This document shows positions 57,365 through 64,000 of a stretch of 64,000 bases of DNA, one piece after another. Below the pieces are notes generated by a model, which made no database searches, had not been told where the DNA came from, and saw only the letters and a list, made by a program, of their open reading frames with translations. This DNA comes from a virus, in UHGV virus genome UHGV-0275551, one strand, 5' to 3'. The number at the start of each line of letters is the position of its first letter. Position 1 is the stretch's first letter. Both the position numbers and the translations under genes were made by a program.

Positions 57365-59465
57365 TCATTCGAGACTGACCTTTAATTTTTGTGAATGACA
57401 AGTACCCGCACACCCTGTTAATCACAGAGATATCATGTGAGTGACAAACTTCACATTCTTCAACATCAGCCTTTGGCCTGTTACCACAATGTTCACAGAT
57501 TGCTAAGTCAAAGTTAAGTCCCTGATAGAAACCTTTCAACATACCTCTTGTAATACAACTTTTAAGTGCTGTTAAGTTTTCTGGGTTAGCTACTCTTACA
57601 TACTGGATTCTACCGCCTCTACAGATATGGAAGAATGGCTCTTCTAAGTCCTGCTTCTCAAATGGTGAGATGTCTGCTGCAACATTCATATGGAAACTAT
57701 TTGTAAAGTATTCCTTATCGGAAACACCTTTGATAACCCCAAACATATCTCTGAACTGTTTTAGCTGAGTCCCACATAGTGATTCTGCTGGAGTACCATA
57801 GACGGCATATAAGAAGCCATCTTCATTTTTAAACTCTTCGGTTTTCATGTTAATGTATGCCAGAACATCATATGCAAAACTATAGCTTCCAACTTCATGA
57901 AGTCGTTTACCTTCAGCAAGAACAGACAACTCATCAAGCGCAGTAACACCAAAAGAAGCTGTGAAGGACTTCACAATATCCCAACCAACCTTGTCAGTAG
58001 GTTTCTTAGTTCCTTTGTACAGACCACCTTGTGTGAACGCAAGAGGGTTAGAACTTGCTGGCATATTAGCAATCATTTCGTAGCGTTTCTTGTGGAAGCT
58101 GCGAATCATCTCTAGGTACTTATCAAGCTCTTTCCAGAAATCTAAACCATTCTCTTTAGAATACTGGTAAATCATTGGTAAGTTCAAAGATACAGCACCA
58201 ATGTTAGCACGACCAACGTAGAACTCTTCCCCATCCTCGTTAAGATATGGAGATAAGAAGGCTCTACAACCCATCGGCGAGATTACCTTGCCAGAACGCT
58301 CAAAAGCTTCTGCTACAGCACCATGACCAGATACACTTAAGAAATCTGGATACATCGCTTTAGAGCAACACTCTATAGCTTTACTGTACAGGTGGCCTTG
58401 ACAGATATTCTCATTATGTCTCTTCTGGTCATAAATATAAACCAGTTTAGGAAATACAACAGGTTTCTTGCTCTTACCTTGTCCATTCATACGAACATCT
58501 AGGAGAGTACTTGCAATCATATATTGCAGTCGGTTATCTTCATTAGACATATCTGAGTCAAGTAACCCGAATGTCAAAGTTGTAAATGCAAAATCCCCAC
58601 GGCTACAAGGTACGGTATTTAGTTTCATTTCAAGTGACTGGAAACCTTGAGTTAGTTCAATCTGTAGCTGCTCCATGACATAATTATGGTAATGTTCTTT
58701 AGGAATACCATAAGATGCTGCTTTCTCAGCATGATAGCGTAGAGACTTCTTAGCATACGGTACAAGTACCTTATCAATCTCTGCTAAAGTAAAGCCACCA
58801 AATTGCTGTGCAGTTGCTGAAAGAACTACGTCACCAATAACCTGTAAGGCCGACAGCACAGACTTTGGTTCACAATATTCGATGCCAGACATTTCAAAGC
58901 CACCTTTCAGGACTTTACCAATGTCAAACAGGCAACAGTTGATACCACCAAAGATTAGGTCTCTTAAATCATGGATATAGATAAACCCTTTTTCAATGGC
59001 TTCAAGTTCCTCTGGTGTTAAATGGTACTGTTTAAAGATTTCTTTAGTCAGATAACCACGAATAATTGAACCTTTTGTAGAAATTAAACTGCTGTCAAAG
59101 TTAGCATTCTCTCTGTCACCTAAGAAGAGTGTATCTTTGGTCTTCTGGTAGAGTTCATCCCAATTTTGAGCAACTTCTTTACGGTAATTTCTATATGTTG
59201 AGTAAGACTCATAAATCTCGTGATTAACTTCTGCCAAAGCACCTTCAACAATACTGTGAATATCATTTACCGAGATAAGCAAATTATTCTGCTTAGCGGA
59301 CTTTACCAGAATCCTCATAAATGCTGACTCAAGAGCTTGAGTAACATCTGGTGGAAGCTCTTTATAACCAACCCTATTAGCTGACTTTGTGACTGCTGCT
59401 AAAACTTTTTTGATATCAGGTTCTTCGAGTGAGCCATTCTTTTTAATAATCTGTACTTTGTTCAT
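57321..59465 (-). CDS. nrdD: anaerobic ribonucleoside-triphosphate reductase
   Basis: 714 aa; C-terminal glycyl-radical motif RVCGYLS and Cys-rich zinc ribbon CEHCGN...CEVCHSHD. Confidence 0.8.
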   Translation of the reverse strand: MNKVQIIKKNGSLEEPDIKKVLAAVTKSANRVGYKELPPDVTQALESAFMRILVKSAKQNNLLISVNDIHSIVEGALAEVNHEIYESYSTYRNYRKEVAQNWDELYQKTKDTLFLGDRENANFDSSLISTKGSIIRGYLTKEIFKQYHLTPEELEAIEKGFIYIHDLRDLIFGGINCCLFDIGKVLKGGFEMSGIEYCEPKSVLSALQVIGDVVLSATAQQFGGFTLAEIDKVLVPYAKKSLRYHAEKAASYGIPKEHYHNYVMEQLQIELTQGFQSLEMKLNTVPCSRGDFAFTTLTFGLLDSDMSNEDNRLQYMIASTLLDVRMNGQGKSKKPVVFPKLVYIYDQKRHNENICQGHLYSKAIECCSKAMYPDFLSVSGHGAVAEAFERSGKVISPMGCRAFLSPYLNEDGEEFYVGRANIGAVSLNLPMIYQYSKENGLDFWKELDKYLEMIRSFHKKRYEMIANMPASSNPLAFTQGGLYKGTKKPTDKVGWDIVKSFTASFGVTALDELSVLAEGKRLHEVGSYSFAYDVLAYINMKTEEFKNEDGFLYAVYGTPAESLCGTQLKQFRDMFGVIKGVSDKEYFTNSFHMNVAADISPFEKQDLEEPFFHICRGGRIQYVRVANPENLTALKSCITRGMLKGFYQGLNFDLAICEHCGNRPKADVEECEVCHSHDISVINRVCGYLSFTKIKGQSRMNDAKMAEIKDRVSM

Positions 59466-59484
59466 TATTGCCCCTTTACATGCT

Positions 59485-59512
59485 AAAAAGGTCTCCGAAG
59501 AGACCCTTTCAT
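59485..59512 (-). terminator. hairpin terminator/attenuator immediately upstream of nrdD
   Basis: ggtctc-cgaa-gagacc hairpin followed on minus strand by TTTTTAG. Confidence 0.45.
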
Positions 59513-59513
59513 T

Positions 59514-59720
59514 TTAAATCTTTTTAGAAAACTTAGAAACGAGTTTTCTCAGTTTTTCAGTGATGCCTAACTGTATCTCTAATATTTCAAAGATAACCCA
59601 TAGTAACATGGCTCCAAACAATGAACCTTGTTCAAAATCAGTAAATAGGTTAACAACAAGCATACCAATCACAATGGCTGGTGCATCAACAACCAGACCT
59701 TCCCAAAGGCGTTTAAGCAT
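59514..59720 (-). CDS. hypothetical small membrane protein
   Basis: 68-aa track ORF; two hydrophobic segments. Confidence 0.4.
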   Translation of the reverse strand: MLKRLWEGLVVDAPAIVIGMLVVNLFTDFEQGSLFGAMLLWVIFEILEIQLGITEKLRKLVSKFSKKI

Positions 59721-59955
59721 TATTCACCTCTGCCATAAAATTCTGTAGCGTTCCAACAGGTTTTGGGTTTTGTCCATCAGTTTTCATGATGAATGGCATC
59801 TGACGAACTGGCATCTGTGCAATATCCATCAGGTCTGATAGTTCATAGTCCTGCCCTAACATTCTCACAACATGGTCAATACCACGAGCTTTTGCAAAAT
59901 TCTTTGCAGTCTCACACTGAGGGCATCCAGTTTTGGAGTAAATTACATAAGTCAT
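59713..59955 (-). CDS. glutaredoxin-like protein (NrdH/Grx type)
   Basis: 80 aa; CPQC active-site motif near N terminus; sits between nrdB and nrdD. Confidence 0.65.
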   Translation of the reverse strand: MTYVIYSKTGCPQCETAKNFAKARGIDHVVRMLGQDYELSDLMDIAQMPVRQMPFIMKTDGQNPKPVGTLQNFMAEVNNA

Positions 59956-61088
59956 TAAGGAACCTCTAAAAATCCACTATTCAAATCATCTACAACAGTA
60001 TTCAACAGGTACGCACCGTTCTGTTGCTCCTGATTAGCATTCTGCTCTTTATCAATTTCCATCTTCTTAATCATGTACTTCAAAGGTGGTTCTTTAGGAG
60101 CTACAAAATCTCTGGGAATGCCAAACATATCATACAGTGGGGCAGCATTATAGTAAACCCACTCATGAAGAAGCTTTGTATTTAAGCCAACTACAGCACG
60201 TCCTTCGGAGAAGATATAATACGACCATTTCTCTTCACTTTCAACTACTTCATCTAAGATTACTTTAATCTCTGGAAGAATTTGTTGAAAAGCTTTCTGC
60301 CACTCATCATCTCTTAAAGTTTCTTTTAAAACTTCAATATCAATTTTAGTGTGAAGGATTTCATCAAGCATAATCTTCTGCACAGCTTGAGCAATACCCT
60401 GAAATTTATCTTGAGCATCAAGTGCAAAAGTACATGCAAAGGATGCCATAAAAGATATACCTTCCAGTGCAGTCACTGCAAATAGACCTTTTAGAATCAC
60501 TTTATGGAAGTGTAAAGGGTCTTTGTCCAGAAGCGAATCACGCACATAACTCAGGCGATAGTTTATACCTTCATCCAGTAATTCTTCAAGAACACGATTC
60601 ACAGTTTTTAATCGGTCTTGCACAGCAACATTCTGGTTAATCTCATCTAAGATTGTTTCAGGGTTTTTAATACATTGCCTTACAATCTCTGAGTAAGTAA
60701 GAGCATGTAGGTTTTCAATCTCAGACTGCTTCATAATTGCAGTTGCATAGATGTCATCAGAGATAAAGGGTGCAAAGGCAAATGCCAAGCTCTTAGCAAC
60801 TTGAGTGTCTGCTTCCCATTGCCACTTAAGAATCTCAAGCATTACACCTGACATTGATGCTGGAACACTCTCAAAATCAAGACGTGATTGTTCAAAAGGG
60901 AACTCATCTTCTGACCAGTCTTGTGCTTTTTGTTGTTTATAAAGTTCAAAGATTTTTGGGTAGTGCTTATTAAGTGAGTCAAAAGTTTTTCTCTCACCAC
61001 CTAAAAAGATTGGGTGCTGGTTAATCATAGTGTGATTTCTCCTTTCTTTATCATTTCTAAGGCTTGTTTTCTGTCTAAAACTTCCCAA
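59955..61088 (-). CDS. nrdB: ribonucleotide reductase small (beta) subunit
   Basis: 377-aa track ORF; ferritin-like helices with E..H pairs (e.g. LDEILHT); directly downstream of nrdA. Confidence 0.7.
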   Translation of the reverse strand: MGSFRQKTSLRNDKERRNHTMINQHPIFLGGERKTFDSLNKHYPKIFELYKQQKAQDWSEDEFPFEQSRLDFESVPASMSGVMLEILKWQWEADTQVAKSLAFAFAPFISDDIYATAIMKQSEIENLHALTYSEIVRQCIKNPETILDEINQNVAVQDRLKTVNRVLEELLDEGINYRLSYVRDSLLDKDPLHFHKVILKGLFAVTALEGISFMASFACTFALDAQDKFQGIAQAVQKIMLDEILHTKIDIEVLKETLRDDEWQKAFQQILPEIKVILDEVVESEEKWSYYIFSEGRAVVGLNTKLLHEWVYYNAAPLYDMFGIPRDFVAPKEPPLKYMIKKMEIDKEQNANQEQQNGAYLLNTVVDDLNSGFLEVP

Positions 61089-61337
61089 TTTTCTTTGTTA
61101 AACATCTCATAAGGTCTTGCGTAGATTTTACCATCTGCTGTAGAGATATAAGAGGCTCCAGTGACCCATAAGTCATCATTCTGCTTTATCATGATACCTG
61201 TACTGCTCACATAGTACAATGTTTTGCGGGGTTTGTAGAGCAAGTATATTGGTCGCTCATGTTTTTCTATTAAATCTTTCACGGTCTCTCCAAAGTTATT
61301 TTTAGAGGGTCTTTTACGACCCTCATAATTGTTAAAA

Positions 61338-63572
61338 CTAAACACCACAACCCTCGCAATAAGCATCTTGCAGTGCAGATTTACCTACACCAATGCGACT
61401 GTTAAGGTAGTACATGGTTTTCATACCTACCGAGTTGGCATAAATCATGTACTTCAAAGCTTGAGCCAATGATACCTTCTTAGCTTTTGCGTAGTCAACA
61501 TAGAAATCTGAAGAGATAGCTTGACCAGTGAACTTTTGAACAATTGCATAACAATCAATCAGGTCAAAGGTGTCAATACCCCAAGCAATTTCATATACAT
61601 ACTTCAACTCTTCATAATCTGGAACAATAAACAGTACGTTACCAGTTGCAGACTTTTTAGTTAAAATAAAGTCACGAATTGGATACAAGCCATTTGTCGT
61701 ATTGGTTGCCAGTGAAGAACTCTCATTAGGCATGTAAGCTTCTAATACAGAGTTTCGGATTCCACCATTTTCTTTGATACGTTGTGCTAAGTCATCCCAA
61801 TCATATCGTAGTTTTGCATCATGCTTTTCATCAATCTTCTTGTTAGCTGTCTTTGGAGGAACCCAGCCTTCAGGATACTTAGTGAACTTCATGTACTCTG
61901 GCACGCCACGTTCTTTAGCAAGTCTCAGAGAGGCTTCATGCAGATAGTAAGAGTGCATCTCTGCCAGTTCATGAAGTTTCGTTTTACCTGCTCGTGAAGA
62001 GTAGTTCACGTAGTTCTTCGCAAGGTAATGAGCCACATTTGTAAGGCCAATCCCAACAGAACGACGCTTCTGAACGTGGTTACGCATCGACGGATACGGA
62101 TAATCCATAAGGTCAATAATGGAGTCAACCATTGCAAGAGCATAATAAGCAACGTCAGCGTATTCATCTTCTGAAATTCTCCCTGCAACCAAACTAGCTA
62201 GGAAGCAAAGAGCCACCTCACCATCCTCTTTCACAGCATCGTCTCTGTAAAGGTCTGTCTCTTTCTCAAAACCATACACTGGCAACACAATTTCCATACA
62301 AAGATTTGACATCTTCAATGGTTCTTTAAATGGTGTATGTGTGTTCGCATTGTTAGTGAAGAATGGATACACACGACCTGTAGCATAACGCTGTTGAATA
62401 AACAGCTTAGCAATTTCACGAGCCTTTACTCGTCTGTGCTTAACTCCTGAATGTACTGCGTGACCAACTGCCATAGCAAACTCGTCAGCAGATGCTGTGT
62501 AGAACATGTCATAGAGTTTTGGTGCATCTTTGTAAGAGAATAGCAACCAATCCGTATCATACTGAACACACTGCCAGAAATAATCGTTTGTGCCGAATGA
62601 GTAGTCCATCTCATTAATACGTTTAGAAGGAACCGTTGTAGGGTGCTTCAAACGCAGTAAGTCCTCAATCTGTGGGTCTAGAGCAGTGTAGAAGTTATTA
62701 GCTGAACCACCACGGCTCTTCTGTTTATTTGCCTCTACAGATGAACGTACAAGCTTGTAATAAGGTAGCTTACCCATGTGCTCAATCGTGTTTTGACGGA
62801 TACCATCGCCAATAGTGCGAGTCTCCATCAGCATCCCGATACCAGCTTGCTTTGTAGTCATGTCATAAGCAACCTTTGCAGCAATACCGAGAGATTCGGC
62901 AGTATCATTTGCCTTAATCAAACAGCATGACGCATAGCCCGATTTAGTTGCTCTTAACCCGTTTAAATAGGGCGTAGGAGCGTTAATCTTCAGGTCAGAT
63001 AGGTAAGTGTACAGCTTGATAACATCTTGCAGTCTACGGTGCTTTGGTTGCTTCTCAAAGGCTTTCATAGCCATACCCATGAACATAAATTGTGGTGACT
63101 CAAACAGTCTTCCCGTTTTAATATCACGGATACCGTACTTGTCTCTGAACTGTTTCAAGACTGCATAACCGTAAGAGATATCTTTTGAGTGCACGATGTA
63201 ACCTTGCAGGTATTCAAGCTCTTCCTGTGAATAATCCATCTTCTCCCAAAGTCCTGCTCTCTCCATATTTTTAACGAAGGTAATCAGCGTAGGAACCTTA
63301 GTAAAGCCTCCAAAGGCTTCTTTGTAGATAATACCCAAAAGCAGTCGTCCAGCCATATCTGAGTACTCTTGAGTTTGTTTATCAACACAAACATCAATCA
63401 TGGCTTGGTGCATCTCTTTTGTAGTGCAACCCTCATAGACACGTTTCATAGCTTCCATAGTGACTTCTGACCAGATAATTCCACGTTTATCTGCCCATGA
63501 TGCCCACTTATTCAGTCTTTCTGGGTCAAAGCTTACTACTGTACCATTTGATTTTTTAATTGTCTTAATCAT
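61338..63572 (-). CDS. nrdA: ribonucleotide reductase large (alpha) subunit, class Ia
   Basis: 744 aa; active-site NLCMEI motif and C-terminal CEGCG cysteine pair. Confidence 0.8.
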   Translation of the reverse strand: MIKTIKKSNGTVVSFDPERLNKWASWADKRGIIWSEVTMEAMKRVYEGCTTKEMHQAMIDVCVDKQTQEYSDMAGRLLLGIIYKEAFGGFTKVPTLITFVKNMERAGLWEKMDYSQEELEYLQGYIVHSKDISYGYAVLKQFRDKYGIRDIKTGRLFESPQFMFMGMAMKAFEKQPKHRRLQDVIKLYTYLSDLKINAPTPYLNGLRATKSGYASCCLIKANDTAESLGIAAKVAYDMTTKQAGIGMLMETRTIGDGIRQNTIEHMGKLPYYKLVRSSVEANKQKSRGGSANNFYTALDPQIEDLLRLKHPTTVPSKRINEMDYSFGTNDYFWQCVQYDTDWLLFSYKDAPKLYDMFYTASADEFAMAVGHAVHSGVKHRRVKAREIAKLFIQQRYATGRVYPFFTNNANTHTPFKEPLKMSNLCMEIVLPVYGFEKETDLYRDDAVKEDGEVALCFLASLVAGRISEDEYADVAYYALAMVDSIIDLMDYPYPSMRNHVQKRRSVGIGLTNVAHYLAKNYVNYSSRAGKTKLHELAEMHSYYLHEASLRLAKERGVPEYMKFTKYPEGWVPPKTANKKIDEKHDAKLRYDWDDLAQRIKENGGIRNSVLEAYMPNESSSLATNTTNGLYPIRDFILTKKSATGNVLFIVPDYEELKYVYEIAWGIDTFDLIDCYAIVQKFTGQAISSDFYVDYAKAKKVSLAQALKYMIYANSVGMKTMYYLNSRIGVGKSALQDAYCEGCGV

Positions 63573-63588
63573 TTTCGAATCCTACAGA

Positions 63589-63612
63589 TGAAAAGAGCCT
63601 CCGAAGAGGCTC
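63589..63612 (-). terminator. rho-independent terminator upstream of nrdA
   Basis: gagcctc-cgaa-gaggctc hairpin followed on minus strand by TTTTCATCTG. Confidence 0.5.
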
Positions 63613-63618
63613 CCTAGT

Positions 63619-63954
63619 TTAAATCTTGAAAATTTGCTCATTCTGCCACATATCGTAAAACTTATCACTTACTTTTGTGATAGACGAAGCGTGCATACAA
63701 TTTAAGAGCCATGATGGAGTCTTGCTATCCATGATTATTTTGAGCTTTTGTGCGACGTTGCCATCCATATCTGAAACAACATAATTACCGCGTATTTTAC
63801 ATACAACTTTTCCAAACAAGATTGCACTTCTTCCTCTTCGGTCATCACAGTACATAACTGTGTCTCCGTGTTTAACGTCCCGTCCGAGACTGTCAACACC
63901 TAATTTAGCACCAGAGATAATGGCATCGTAATCTAACTTCTTTGCTTTAAACAC
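63619..63954 (-). CDS. hypothetical protein
   Basis: 111-aa track ORF; GTG start with TGGAGAAA RBS. Confidence 0.4.
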   Translation of the reverse strand: MFKAKKLDYDAIISGAKLGVDSLGRDVKHGDTVMYCDDRRGRSAILFGKVVCKIRGNYVVSDMDGNVAQKLKIIMDSKTPSWLLNCMHASSITKVSDKFYDMWQNEQIFKI

Positions 63955-64000
63955 GGTATTTCTCCAAGTTTCTTTTTAGATATAACCAACCGTAGTCAGT

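Noticed and set aside
61025-61366. 113-aa track ORF between nrdA and nrdB
   Set aside because: Both ends overlap the well-supported nrdA and nrdB reading frames and no RBS precedes either candidate start; not annotated, although a small real gene cannot be excluded.

Overview
64-kb window from a tailed, virulent-type phage genome, AT-rich by eye. Gene content (contractile-tail virion module, large tRNA array, rIIA/rIIB-like, NrdAB plus NrdDG, NadV-like plus Prs-like, several HNH endonucleases) is most consistent with a FelixO1-like (Ounavirinae-type) myovirus; this is inference from recognised motifs and gene order, no search was run. Layout: (1) 1-18.9 kb, minus-strand virion module (baseplate, tape measure, tube, sheath, capsid, S49 protease, portal, terminase); (2) 19.1-24.6 kb, minus-strand array of 27 hand-folded tRNA genes interrupted by 4 ORFs and structured spacers; (3) 24.8-26.6 kb, vWA-domain protein and a small ORF; (4) 26.9-34.3 kb, plus-strand cluster with a GH24 endolysin; (5) 34.3-35.9 kb, repeat-dense non-coding region; (6) 36.0-41.7 kb, array of small monocistronic genes, each behind one of two repeated promoter / 5'UTR-hairpin / SD leader families; (7) 42.2-64 kb, minus-strand region with macro-domain protein, spanin pair, SLT, HAD hydrolase, rIIA/rIIB-like, NadV-like and Prs-like genes split by an HNH gene, NrdG/NrdD, glutaredoxin, NrdB/NrdA. 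No rRNA, CRISPR, integrase or transposase recognised. The candidates I would look at first for an undescribed system are the leader-cassette gene array, the NadV/Prs pair, the macro-domain protein and the vWA protein next to the tRNA array. CDS coordinates follow the supplied ORF track unless a start was re-chosen; hand-called RNAs and elements may be off by 1-3 nt.
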